Shown here: positions 1-8,631 of the stretch, piece by piece
How the letters are laid out: every line of letters starts with the position of its first letter
How positions within the stretch are numbered: the stretch's first letter is position 1
NCBI GenBank assembly: GCA_945872795.1
Contig: CAMCAZ010000002.1
Span: 65,298-129,297 of the forward strand
Length of the DNA stretch: 64,000 nucleotides
Origin: Chryseobacterium gleum
Lineage (GTDB): Bacteria; Bacteroidota; Bacteroidia; Flavobacteriales_F; PHOS-HE28
Reading direction: 5' to 3'
Made by a program: the position numbers and the translations under genes
Notes under the pieces: model-generated
Databases searched by the model: none
Seen by the model: only the letters and a program-made list of their open reading frames with translations
What the model was told of the DNA's origin: nothing

Positions 1-539
1 ATGAACCAGGTCATGATGATGCCGCCCACCATGAAACTGATGGTGGCCACCAGACTGGGCCATTGCAGGCTGCTGAGGCCCATGATGGCGTGGCCGCTCG
101 TGCAACCACCGGCGTAGCGTGTGCCGAAGCCCACCATGAATCCGCCGAGCACGAAGAAGATCAGGCCACGTACGGTGAAGAGCTGCTCCCAGCTGAAGAT
201 CTCCGAGGGCAGCAGGCTCGAGGTGTCGGTGATGCCCTTCGATGCCAGGTATTCCTGCGTGGGTGCGGCCAGCACGATGGGGTTGGGGTCGCTCAGGAAC
301 TGCGCCGCAAGGAACGCTCCCACGGCGATGCCGCCCACGAAGAAGAGGTTCCAGGCCTCCTTCTTCCAGTCGTACTTGAAGAATTTTACATCGCCAGGAA
401 TGCAGGCCGCACAGAGGTGGCGCAGCGAACTGCTGATGCCGAAGGTCTTGTTGCCAACGAGCAACAGGAAGGGCACGGTGAGGCCGATGAGGGCACCCGC
501 CACGTACCAGGACCAGGGTTGTTTGAGTGTCTCGAGCAT
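1..539 (-). CDS. YeeE/YedE family sulfur-transport membrane protein (3' end truncated by window edge)
   Basis: Minus-strand translation from ATG (rc of cat at 537-539) reads MLETLKQPWSWYVAGALIGL...GGCTSGHAIMGLSSL. It is a polytopic hydrophobic protein with the GGCTSG motif typical of YeeE/YedE (thiosulfate/sulfur transporter family). It is missing from the ORF track because it runs off the window. Confidence 0.75.
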   Translation of the reverse strand, partial: MLETLKQPWSWYVAGALIGLTVPFLLLVGNKTFGISSSLRHLCAACIPGDVKFFKYDWKKEAWNLFFVGGIAVGAFLAAQFLSDPNPIVLAAPTQEYLASKGITDTSSLLPSEIFSWEQLFTVRGLIFFVLGGFMVGFGTRYAGGCTSGHAIMGLSSLQWPSLVATISFMVGGIIMTWF

Positions 540-605
540 GAGGGTAGGGATCAGAAGATCAGAGGGTCAGACGATCAGATGATCGCCATGAGCCGATGAC
601 CTCGT

Positions 606-1061
606 TCAGGGTTTCAGTTTGGCGTTGCTGGATGAGATGATCTTGTTGAGGATCCGGATGATCGGGATCAGCTTTTCGAGGCAAGGCTTGGCCGAGACCA
701 CGTTCCTTGCGCTGCAGAGAAGGAGCCAGTACTCTGTCTCATCGGCTTCCTTCAGGGCTACTTTCATCTTGTGGATGAAGTCGGCCAGGCTTTCGCCGTT
801 CTGCGCTTCACGGACCAGTGCGCCAATGGCAGTGCCGCTCCGGAACAACTGGTTCGACAAGGCGAACTTCTTGCGCTCCTGTAGATCCTCGGAAAGATCC
901 CAGATCGCCAATGCGAAGTCGAATGTGAGGTTGACGATCGCGTTGTCCTTATAGCGTGCATTGTAGGACGCTGGTGGCTCGGCCGTCAACGATGAACCGA
1001 ACAGTTCCTCCTTCACAATGGCATTCAGCCATTCCTTGATGTCGATATCCCGGACGTTCAT
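606..1061 (-). CDS. four-helix-bundle protein (23S rRNA-intervening-sequence protein family, TIGR02436-like)
   Basis: A 151-aa all-helical protein (MNVRDIDIKEWLNAIVKEELFG...). Its size and sequence pattern match the 'four helix bundle protein' family that hitch-hikes inside Bacteroidota operons. Confidence 0.55.
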   Translation of the reverse strand: MNVRDIDIKEWLNAIVKEELFGSSLTAEPPASYNARYKDNAIVNLTFDFALAIWDLSEDLQERKKFALSNQLFRSGTAIGALVREAQNGESLADFIHKMKVALKEADETEYWLLLCSARNVVSAKPCLEKLIPIIRILNKIISSSNAKLKP

Positions 1062-1093
1062 GGTCTCGTGAATTGTCTGATCATCTGATCATC

Positions 1094-2509
1094 TCATTTT
1101 CTGATCGTACTCGGGCAGACGTAGTCCGTCACCTTCACGTCAGTGTTGGTCTTGATGGCGTTGAACCCTCCGGCCACATCGGTCACATTGTGGTAACCGC
1201 GCGATTTCAACAGGCTGGCTGCGATCATGCTGCGGTAGCCACCGGCGCAGTGGATATAGTTGGGCTCCTCCTTGCTGAAGGCCGCCAAGTTCTGGTTGAT
1301 GAACTGCAACGATGCGTGCCACGCACCGTCCACATGCTCGGCCTCATACTCGCCATCCTTGCGCACGTCCACCACACGGAGCTTGTTCGCACCGAAGCGC
1401 TTGGCGAACTCCTCGGCGGAGATGCTCTCCACCGTGTCCACGTCCAGGCCAGCGGTCTTCCACGCGTCGATGCCGCCTTTCAGGTAGCCGAACACGTTGT
1501 CGTAGCCCACGCGGGCCAGACGTGTCACTACTTCATCCTCCATGCCCTCGTCGGTCACCAGCAACAGCGGGTGCTTCACATCGGGGATCATGGCACCGAC
1601 CCAGGGGGCGAAATCACCCTTGATGCCGATGTTGATGCTGCGGGGTACGAAGCCGTCCTTGAAGGTCTGTGCACCGCGGGTGTCCAGTACCAAGGCTCCC
1701 TCGGTCTCGGCCACGAGCTCGAACTGTTCGGGGGTGAGGGCACGGAGGCCCTTTTCCTTCACCGTGTCCACGCTCTCGATCACGCCCTTGTTCATGGCCA
1801 CGTTCTGTGGGAAATAGGCGGGAGGGGGCAACAGACCGTCGGTCACTTCCTTGATGAACTGCTCCTTGCTGGCGGCCTTCAGTGCGTAGTTGGTCCTCTT
1901 CTGGTTGCCCAGCGTATCCCAGGTCTCCTTGCTCATGTTCTTGCCGCAGGCGCTGCCGGCGCCGTGTGCAGGGTACACCAGCACGTCATCGGGCAGGGTC
2001 ATGATCTTGTTGTGCAGGCTGTCGTAGAGGTAGCCGGCCAGGTCCTCCTGGGTCAGCGAACCCATTTTCTGGGCCAGGTCGGGACGGCCCACGTCGCCGA
2101 TGAAGAGCGTGTCACCGCTGAAGATGGCGTGCGGCTTGCCGTGCTCGTCGATCAGCAGGTAGGTGGTGCTTTCCATGGTGTGTCCGGGGGTGTGCAGCAC
2201 CTTGATGGTGATCCGGCCCACCTTCAGTTCCTCACCGTCCTTGGCGATGTGCGCCTCGAAGCTCGGGTTGGCGTTCGGACCGTAAACGATGGGCGCACCG
2301 GTCTTCTTCGACAGGTCGAGGTGACCGCTCACGAAGTCGGCGTGGAAGTGCGTCTCCAGCACATACTTGATGATGGCGCCGCTCTGTTCGGCGCGTTCCA
2401 TGTACGGCTGCGTTTCACGCAGGGGGTCGATGATCACGGCCTCACCGGCGCTTTCGATGTAGTAGGCGCCCTGTGCCAGGCAGCCGGTGTAGATCTGCTC
2501 GATCTTCAT
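1094..2509 (-). CDS. MBL-fold persulfide dioxygenase fused to two rhodanese domains (Blh/CstB-like)
   Basis: The true start is MKIEQIYTGCLAQGAYY (internal Met of the 554-aa ORF; the upstream 83 aa are Ser/Arg-rich junk). The HxHxDH metallo-beta-lactamase motif (ETHFHADFVSGH) is present. The C-terminal half holds two rhodanese modules with an active-site Cys (IHCAGGYRS). Confidence 0.85.
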   Translation of the reverse strand: MKIEQIYTGCLAQGAYYIESAGEAVIIDPLRETQPYMERAEQSGAIIKYVLETHFHADFVSGHLDLSKKTGAPIVYGPNANPSFEAHIAKDGEELKVGRITIKVLHTPGHTMESTTYLLIDEHGKPHAIFSGDTLFIGDVGRPDLAQKMGSLTQEDLAGYLYDSLHNKIMTLPDDVLVYPAHGAGSACGKNMSKETWDTLGNQKRTNYALKAASKEQFIKEVTDGLLPPPAYFPQNVAMNKGVIESVDTVKEKGLRALTPEQFELVAETEGALVLDTRGAQTFKDGFVPRSINIGIKGDFAPWVGAMIPDVKHPLLLVTDEGMEDEVVTRLARVGYDNVFGYLKGGIDAWKTAGLDVDTVESISAEEFAKRFGANKLRVVDVRKDGEYEAEHVDGAWHASLQFINQNLAAFSKEEPNYIHCAGGYRSMIAASLLKSRGYHNVTDVAGGFNAIKTNTDVKVTDYVCPSTIRK

Positions 2510-2576
2510 GGTATGGGGAGTTGAGGAGTTGCGTGTTGATGAGGTTGGGGAGGGGGGGCTCCTGCCTGCGCGAACC

Positions 2577-3395
2577 TTAAGATAGATGTATGAGCTCCCT
2601 TCCGATGATGTAGACGCCCATGGCCAGCACGAACCAGCCGAAGGCGGGCTTGAGCTTTTCGTTCGGGATATGCTTGCTGAGGATGCTGCCCCCGATGATC
2701 CCGCCGATCGCAATGGCCGAGAACAGGAAGAGGAAGTTCCAGTCGATGATCTCTTCACCCTTCAGGTCGCCCGTGAATCCGATCAAGGATTTCGCTGCGA
2801 TGATGATGAGCGAGGTGCCCACGGCCTTCTTCATGGGAAGCTTGGCCAGTAGGACCAGCGCAGGAATGATCAGGAAACCACCACCGGCGCCCACAATGCC
2901 GGTGATCATGCCCACCACCACACCTTCCGCCAGGATCAGGGGGTAGTTGAACTTGATGGCCTCATCGGCCGGTGCGTTCGGTCCCAGTGGAGCCTTGGGT
3001 TTGCGGATCATGCTGTACGCGGCGGCCACCATGATGAGCGCGAAGAAGATGAGGATGCCGATGGCCTTGCTCACCGGCGTGCTGCCCAGTGTGAAGATGG
3101 GATCGGGGATCGCCGGGACCAGCCAGGCCCGGGTGGCGTAAACGGCCAGGATGCTGGGGATGCCGAAAACGATAGCCGTGCGCCAATGGATGTTCCCGAA
3201 GCGCATGTGGCTGAAGCTGCCGACCAGGCTGGTGAGGCCCACGATGAACAGGGAATAGGCCGTGGCCAGGACCGGGTCGATCACGAAGAGGTATACCAGG
3301 ATGGGAACGGTGAGGATGCTGCCACCGCCTCCGATGAGGCCGAGGGACAGACCCATGATGATGGCGCCGATGTAACCGAGGATCTCCATGTTCAC
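2577..3395 (-). CDS. TauE/SafE family sulfite exporter (DUF81) membrane protein
   Basis: A 272-aa protein with two 4-TM repeats, each carrying the glycine-rich GxGGG motifs (GLIGGGGSILTVP, GIVGAGGGFLIIP). Confidence 0.85.
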   Translation of the reverse strand: MNMEILGYIGAIIMGLSLGLIGGGGSILTVPILVYLFVIDPVLATAYSLFIVGLTSLVGSFSHMRFGNIHWRTAIVFGIPSILAVYATRAWLVPAIPDPIFTLGSTPVSKAIGILIFFALIMVAAAYSMIRKPKAPLGPNAPADEAIKFNYPLILAEGVVVGMITGIVGAGGGFLIIPALVLLAKLPMKKAVGTSLIIIAAKSLIGFTGDLKGEEIIDWNFLFLFSAIAIGGIIGGSILSKHIPNEKLKPAFGWFVLAMGVYIIGRELIHLS

Positions 3396-3403
3396 AACGT
3401 GGT

Positions 3404-3739
3404 TCAGAGTGTGGGGCAGCAGTTCTCCAGGCAGTTCACGATCTTCAGGAATTCGGGACGCTTCAAGCGCCAGAAGGTGTACTTGCCCTCCTTCTCGAAT
3501 TCCAACAGGCCTTTGTCACGCATCAGCGTGAGGTGCTGGCTGAGGATCGCCTGCTCGAGCTGCAGTAGCTCCTGCAGCTCGCGATTGCACAGCCGGGTAT
3601 GGTGGCCCAAGGCATCGAGGATGGCCAGGCGCTGGGGATGCGCGGCTGCCCGTAGCAACTCACTCGCCCGCGTGAGCTTGTCGGTCCCGACGCGTTCTTC
3701 AAGTGTGGTGGTCGTCATGACGCTCGTCATTGACCACAA
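3404..3739 (-). CDS. ArsR/SmtB-family HTH transcriptional regulator (BigR-like persulfide-responsive repressor candidate)
   Basis: An ~110-aa winged-helix protein (AHPQRLAILDAL...LCNRELQELL...ILSQHLTLMRDKGLL) with a C-terminal Cys cluster NCLENCCPTL. It is the first gene of an operon with TauE, MBL-rhodanese and YeeE, the same layout as the Xylella/Agrobacterium bigR-blh operon. Confidence 0.8.
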   Translation of the reverse strand: MWSMTSVMTTTTLEERVGTDKLTRASELLRAAAHPQRLAILDALGHHTRLCNRELQELLQLEQAILSQHLTLMRDKGLLEFEKEGKYTFWRLKRPEFLKIVNCLENCCPTL

Positions 3740-3751
3740 AAGTATAGAGAG

Positions 3752-3782
3752 ATCACTATGTGATTATGTGATAAGGGTCACA
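3752..3782. promoter_or_regulatory. Two adjacent dyad-symmetry elements upstream of the arsR-like gene (candidate autoregulatory operator)
   Basis: ATCAC-TAT-GTGAT (3752-3764) followed by TGTGA-taaggg-TCACA (3767-3782), 13-48 nt upstream of the regulator start codon (3739). Confidence 0.4.
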
Positions 3783-3810
3783 CGCTCACGAAAACTGTTG
3801 GAACCAGTGT

Positions 3811-4935
3811 CTACAGGGCCTTCAGGAGGCCTTCGCCGAAATGCTTGACCTGGTAACGGCGCATGCCCGGCAGTGCAGCCAGCGCGTCCAGGTCGCCGGG
3901 AAGGGTGCGGGCAATATCCATAAGCAGCTGGTTGGCCGCCACGATACCGGGCCGAAGGTCATGTTCCGTGGTGAGCAGATCGCGTGTCTGCTTCAAACGC
4001 TTCAGGCGGTTCTCATAGTCATCGTCGCGCTGCCAACGCTTGCCCTTGGGAACCCGCGGCCACTCCTCCTTGGGAAGGTCCAGGCCGCGTTGTACGGCGG
4101 ACATGATGGCCGCGCCGTACCGTTCGATCACCCGTTCATTGACGCCCTTGCGCTGCAGGATGTCCTTCATGCCCTTGGGCGGGTCGCTCGCCAAAGAAAG
4201 GATCACATCATTGCCCAGGATCATGAACGAGGCGCGGTCCTGCTTCTCGGCGATGCCATCGCGCCATTGGAAGAGCTCCCGCAGGATGGCAAGCTCATGG
4301 GGTTTCAGTGTCTTCGCTCCCTTCATGCGCAGGAATGCGGGCTCGTCATTCACCGGAAGGTTGAAGGGGGCGTCCGTCAACAGGGCGAACTCCTCTTCGG
4401 CCCACTCCCAACGTCCCTTGGCCCGCAATTTCTCCTCGAGGATGTCGCGCAGCGCGATCAGGTGACTGGTGTCCCCGGCCGCATACTCCAGCATGGGTTG
4501 TGGCAGGGGGCGTTTGCTCCAGTCGGCTTTCTGGAACCGTTTGTCGATCTGCAGTCCCTGGTACTTGCCCAGTAGCGCCGCCAGTCCGATCTCGGGTTCG
4601 TTCACGAGTTCCGCGGCCACCAGCGTGTCGAAGACGTTCTCCACCCGGATGCCATGGTGCTTGGCCAGGATCCTCAGGTCGTAGTCAGCATCGTGGATCA
4701 CCACCTCCATGCCGGGGTCTGCGAGCAGCCTGCCCAGCGGGCTCAGGTCCGGAAGGCTCAATGGATCTACCAGAAAGGTGTGCGAGCGCGTGCTCAACTG
4801 CACCAGGCAGACGCTTTCGCGGAAGCGGTGGAAACTGGAGGCCTCGGTGTCCAAGGCGATGACGCGTTCCCCGGCGAAGCTTTCCAGCGTGGCCGCGAGC
4901 GTGTCCTTGTGCGTTATGAGCTGGAAGTCGTTCAA
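3811..4935 (-). CDS. rnd: ribonuclease D (3'-5' exonuclease + HRDC domain)
   Basis: A 374-aa protein with a DEDDy exonuclease N-terminus (VIALDTEASSFHRF...YAAGDTSHL) and a C-terminal HRDC-like region. Confidence 0.85.
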   Translation of the reverse strand: MNDFQLITHKDTLAATLESFAGERVIALDTEASSFHRFRESVCLVQLSTRSHTFLVDPLSLPDLSPLGRLLADPGMEVVIHDADYDLRILAKHHGIRVENVFDTLVAAELVNEPEIGLAALLGKYQGLQIDKRFQKADWSKRPLPQPMLEYAAGDTSHLIALRDILEEKLRAKGRWEWAEEEFALLTDAPFNLPVNDEPAFLRMKGAKTLKPHELAILRELFQWRDGIAEKQDRASFMILGNDVILSLASDPPKGMKDILQRKGVNERVIERYGAAIMSAVQRGLDLPKEEWPRVPKGKRWQRDDDYENRLKRLKQTRDLLTTEHDLRPGIVAANQLLMDIARTLPGDLDALAALPGMRRYQVKHFGEGLLKAL

Positions 4936-4952
4936 GTGATGGTCGTTCCAGG

Positions 4953-6044
4953 TCAGATGTAGCGGTCACCGCTTTCGGCCTTCAGGTCATTGACGAAGCC
5001 GCGGATCATTTGCTCATCCTGCTTCTTGCACACCAATAGTGCATCTTCGGTGCTCACCACGATGTGGTCGTCAAGGCCCTGCAGCACCATCAAGCGGTCA
5101 TCGTGGGCGTGCACCACGCTGTTGTGGCAGTCATACAATTTCACATGGTCACCGACCGCCGCGTTACCGCGCTCGTCCTTGGCCAGATGCGTATAGAGGC
5201 TGCCCCAGGTGCCCAGGTCGCTCCAGCCGAAATCGCTCATGACCGTGTAGACGTTGTGCGCCTTCTCCAGCACACCGTAGTCGATGCTGACGTTCTCGCA
5301 ATCGGCATAGGTCCCTTCGATGAAGGTGTGTTCCGCAGGCGTTCCATAGCTGCCCGTGCCCTTGGCGAACTGCGCATCCATCTCGGGCAGGTGCGCGCGG
5401 AAGGCACTGCTGATGCTCTTCAGGCTCCAGATGAAGATGCCCGCGTTCCAGAGGAAGTCGCCGCTCTCAATGAACTGGCGCGCGGTATCCAGGTCGGGCT
5501 TCTCGGTGAAGGTGCGCACGGGGCGTACACGGTGGTGCACCGATCCTTGCGCGTCGCCGAACTGGATGTATCCATAGCCGGTGTCCGGTCGGCTGGGCAT
5601 GATCCCCAGGGTCACCAGGCAGTCCTTGCTCCCGGCCTGTTCCAGACCGATGGCAACGGTCTCCACGAAGGCCTTTCGGTCCATCACCAAGTGGTCGCTG
5701 GGGGCCACGATGATGCGTGCCTGTGGATCGCGGGCAGCGATCACATGGTTCGCGTAGGCGATGCACGGCGCCGTGTTCCGGCGGCTGGGCTCCTTCAATA
5801 TCTGCGCGTCAGAGAGCGAGGGCAGTTGCTCCTTCACGATCGAGGCGTACTGCGCATTGGTCACCACCAGGATGTTCTCCGGCGGGCAGATGTCCAGGAA
5901 ACGATCGTAGGTCTGTTGCAGAAGCGTGCGGCCCAGTCCCAGAAAATCCAGGAATTGTTTGGGGTAGGCACTACGGCTCATGGGCCAGAAGCGGCTGCCG
6001 ACACCGCCGGCCATGATCACGCAGTAAGTATGTTCGTTCGTCAT
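4953..6044 (-). CDS. mannose-1-phosphate guanylyltransferase (GDP-mannose pyrophosphorylase)
   Basis: A 363-aa protein with the nucleotidyltransferase motif CVIMAGGVGSRFWPMSR...PKQF and a left-handed beta-helix C-terminus. Confidence 0.85.
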   Translation of the reverse strand: MTNEHTYCVIMAGGVGSRFWPMSRSAYPKQFLDFLGLGRTLLQQTYDRFLDICPPENILVVTNAQYASIVKEQLPSLSDAQILKEPSRRNTAPCIAYANHVIAARDPQARIIVAPSDHLVMDRKAFVETVAIGLEQAGSKDCLVTLGIMPSRPDTGYGYIQFGDAQGSVHHRVRPVRTFTEKPDLDTARQFIESGDFLWNAGIFIWSLKSISSAFRAHLPEMDAQFAKGTGSYGTPAEHTFIEGTYADCENVSIDYGVLEKAHNVYTVMSDFGWSDLGTWGSLYTHLAKDERGNAAVGDHVKLYDCHNSVVHAHDDRLMVLQGLDDHIVVSTEDALLVCKKQDEQMIRGFVNDLKAESGDRYI

Positions 6045-6069
6045 CGGTAGGTCATGGAACAGCCGACCC

Positions 6070-6717
6070 TCAGGACGCTTTACGCGCGATCAATGGGCCG
6101 TTCACGTGGACCTCGGCCAGAGGGTCGATGAAATAGATGCGCCTGTCGTTCAGGCAATGGCATTTGTATCGCTTGCGCAACTGAGGCCCCTTCACGAAGA
6201 TGCGATCGTTGAAACGGAACACCGTGCGGTCCGGCAGCTCCTCCAACATGGGACGCGGATCGCGATCGTACTTGCGCAGCACGCGCATCAACTGATGGTC
6301 CGTGCAACTGCTGGCCGGCGCGTCGTACAGGTGATGCTCCAAGGCATGCAGCACATCAGCCGGCAGCACTGCACGGCTCATGAATGGACGCATCAATCGG
6401 TGATACTCCTCCTTCCACTGTTTGCCATGAGGGTCCTTCCAACGCTTGGTGCGCGCAACGGTGCTGTAGTGCGCGAACTCGTGGATCAAGGTGACCAGGA
6501 ACGCATACTTGTTCAGGTCGTTGTTCACCGACACCCGATGCGGTTGCGTCTTCGTGGCGTTGCGGTAATCGCCCAGCTTGGTGGTACGCGGTGCCGACAC
6601 ACGAACAAGCACCGGATTGCGCCGCAACCATTGATGCACCACCGGCCATGCTCCGGAAGGGAGATGGCTTCGCAACAACTCCAGATCGTTGGCGACGAAA
6701 GTGGTGGACACAGGCAT
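6070..6717 (-). CDS. SprT-like zinc-metalloprotease domain protein
   Basis: A 215-aa protein with an HEFAH zinc-binding motif in an SprT-like context. Confidence 0.65.
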   Translation of the reverse strand: MPVSTTFVANDLELLRSHLPSGAWPVVHQWLRRNPVLVRVSAPRTTKLGDYRNATKTQPHRVSVNNDLNKYAFLVTLIHEFAHYSTVARTKRWKDPHGKQWKEEYHRLMRPFMSRAVLPADVLHALEHHLYDAPASSCTDHQLMRVLRKYDRDPRPMLEELPDRTVFRFNDRIFVKGPQLRKRYKCHCLNDRRIYFIDPLAEVHVNGPLIARKAS

Positions 6718-7033
6718 GGCAGCTGGAGGTCAGGCGGGTGGTAAGGTCCCGTTCCTCTGAGGGTGCAAATTAGCATGCGTACCTGAACCCTGCATGACCG
6801 GCCGCTGATTCCACTTCGGGCAATCGCATTCCTTCTTTCTCCGGTATTTGGCAGGTTGCGATGAGCATCCTGCCAAAATGGCCGAAATCAACATCAGGCT
6901 TACCAGTAGCGTGTGCCAGCGGAGGGTAGAAGCGTACATGCTGGTGCAAAGGTAGAGGCTTGATCGGGTGGCCCGGTCGGACCGAGGTCCACCCGTTCGA
7001 TGCGAAGGCGCTACTTTCGCACGGGACCGGAAA

Positions 7034-7774
7034 ATGACCATTCTTCTTCATATCGGGCGCTATTTCCTGCTTCTGCGGGATACCCTGAGCCGACCCGAGC
7101 GGATGAGCCTCTATTGGCGCCGGACCTTGGAGGAGATGGACCTCCTGGGGGTCAACAGCATGGGTATCGTAGCCCTCCTGTCCGTGTTCATGGGGGCGGT
7201 CATCACCATCCAGACCACCTCGAACATCGATTCGGCCTGGATACCCGCCTATGTGGTGGGCTTCACCACGCGGCAGAGCACCATCCTGGAGTTCAGTCCC
7301 ACCATCATCTCCCTGATCCTGGCCGGCAAGGTGGGCTCCAACATCGCGGCCGAGATCGGCTCCATGCGCGTGAAGGAGCAGATCGATGCCCTGGACATCA
7401 TGGGCGTCAACTCGGCGGGTTACCTCATCCTGCCCAAGATCGTGGCATCCGTGATCATGAACCCCTTCCTGATCATCATCAGTATGTTCCTGAGCATCTT
7501 CGGTGGGTGGCTGGCCGGCGTCGGAACGGGGATCATCAGTTCCGAGGCCTTCATCGAGGGTATCCAGTACAGTTTCGATCCCTACACGGTCACCTACGCC
7601 CTGATCAAGACGGTGGTCTTCGCCTTCATCATCACCACCATTTCGGCCTATCAGGGATACTACACCAAGGGTGGCACCCGGGAGGTGGGTATCAGTAGTA
7701 CACGCGCCGTGGTCTACAGCGATGTGGTGATCCTTATCACCAACTATGCGCTGACCCAAACGCTGTTGATATGA
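7034..7774 (+). CDS. mlaE: MlaE-family ABC transporter permease
   Basis: The internal Met MTILLHIGRYFLLL (ATG 7034) opens a polytopic permease typical of MlaE/Ttg2B. Its stop overlaps the next gene's start (ATGA at 7771-7774). Confidence 0.85.
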   Translation: MTILLHIGRYFLLLRDTLSRPERMSLYWRRTLEEMDLLGVNSMGIVALLSVFMGAVITIQTTSNIDSAWIPAYVVGFTTRQSTILEFSPTIISLILAGKVGSNIAAEIGSMRVKEQIDALDIMGVNSAGYLILPKIVASVIMNPFLIIISMFLSIFGGWLAGVGTGIISSEAFIEGIQYSFDPYTVTYALIKTVVFAFIITTISAYQGYYTKGGTREVGISSTRAVVYSDVVILITNYALTQTLLI

Positions 7775-8535
7775 TCGAGGTACAGGGGCTGAGCAAGCGT
7801 TTCGGTGATGTGCAGGTGTTGACGGACATCAATGCCACCTTCTCCAAAGGGCTCGTGAACCAGATCATCGGCATGAGCGGTTCGGGAAAGAGCGTACTGG
7901 CCAAATGCATGGTGGGGCTGCACAAGCCCGAGGAAGGGAAGGTCCTGTACGAAGGACGCTCGTTCCACGACATGGATACCGAGGAGAAGCGGGGCATCCG
8001 GCAGGAGATCGGCATGCTCTTCCAAGGCGCCGCGCTGTTCGACAGCATGAGCGTGCTGGAGAACGTGATGTTCCCGCTGAAGATGTTCTCCGACATGCCG
8101 CGGAGCGAAATGCAGGATCGCGCACATGTCTGCCTGGAGCGCGTGAACATCGTGGACAAGGACAGCCTCTTCCCGGCCGAGCTCAGCGGCGGCATGCAGA
8201 AGCGTGTGGGCATCGCCAGGGCCATCGCCATGAACCCGAAGTACCTGTTCTGCGATGAGCCCAACAGTGGACTTGACCCCCAGACCAGCATCGTGATCGA
8301 TGAACTGATCAAGGAGCTGACACAGGAGTTCAATACCACCACCATCGTCATCACACACGACATGAACTCGGTGATGGAGACGGGTGAGAACATCATCTTC
8401 GTCCACAACGGACGCATGTGGTGGTCGGGTACCCGCGAGGAACTGCTGTACAGCGACAACGAGGAGCTCAACGCGTTCATCTTCGCCAGCGAGGTGATGC
8501 GCGTGGTCAAGCGTTCCTTGGCCAGGAAGCCCTGA
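7771..8535 (+). CDS. mlaF: MlaF-like ABC transporter ATP-binding protein
   Basis: Walker A GMSGSGKS, signature LSGGMQKRV, Walker B LFCDEP. It is translationally coupled to mlaE. Confidence 0.85.
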   Translation: MIEVQGLSKRFGDVQVLTDINATFSKGLVNQIIGMSGSGKSVLAKCMVGLHKPEEGKVLYEGRSFHDMDTEEKRGIRQEIGMLFQGAALFDSMSVLENVMFPLKMFSDMPRSEMQDRAHVCLERVNIVDKDSLFPAELSGGMQKRVGIARAIAMNPKYLFCDEPNSGLDPQTSIVIDELIKELTQEFNTTTIVITHDMNSVMETGENIIFVHNGRMWWSGTREELLYSDNEELNAFIFASEVMRVVKRSLARKP

Positions 8536-8578
8536 TCGGGTCTCCCTCCTCGTGTTCCCGAACCTCGCAGCCGGGAAC

Positions 8579-8620
8579 GAAAAAGCCCCCCAGCGGCCAT
8601 GCGGCCGTGGGGGGCTTTTC
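8579..8620. terminator. bidirectional intrinsic terminator between convergent mlaF and the T9SS cargo gene
   Basis: aaaaGCCCCCCAGCGGCC-atg-CGGCCGTGGGGGGCtttt: a GC-rich inverted repeat flanked by an A-tract and a T-tract. Confidence 0.6.
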
Positions 8621-8631
8621 ACTGGAATGAC

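Noticed and set aside
63-599. Plus-strand ORFs of 178 and 153 aa at the window start
   Set aside because: The opposite strand over the same span encodes a clean YeeE/YedE membrane protein with the GGCTSG motif. The plus-strand translations are low-complexity high-GC artefacts.
2509-2758. 83-codon N-terminal extension of the MBL-rhodanese ORF (MKRSSTGTSSSCSRPLRSAG...)
   Set aside because: It is Ser/Arg-rich and non-globular, and it overlaps the upstream TauE gene. The conserved MBL N-terminus begins at the internal Met (MKIEQIYTG).
6730-7041. 103-aa minus-strand ORF in the sprT/mlaE intergenic region
   Set aside because: It has no RBS or promoter context and a Cys/Arg-rich odd composition. 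It spans a probable divergent promoter region.
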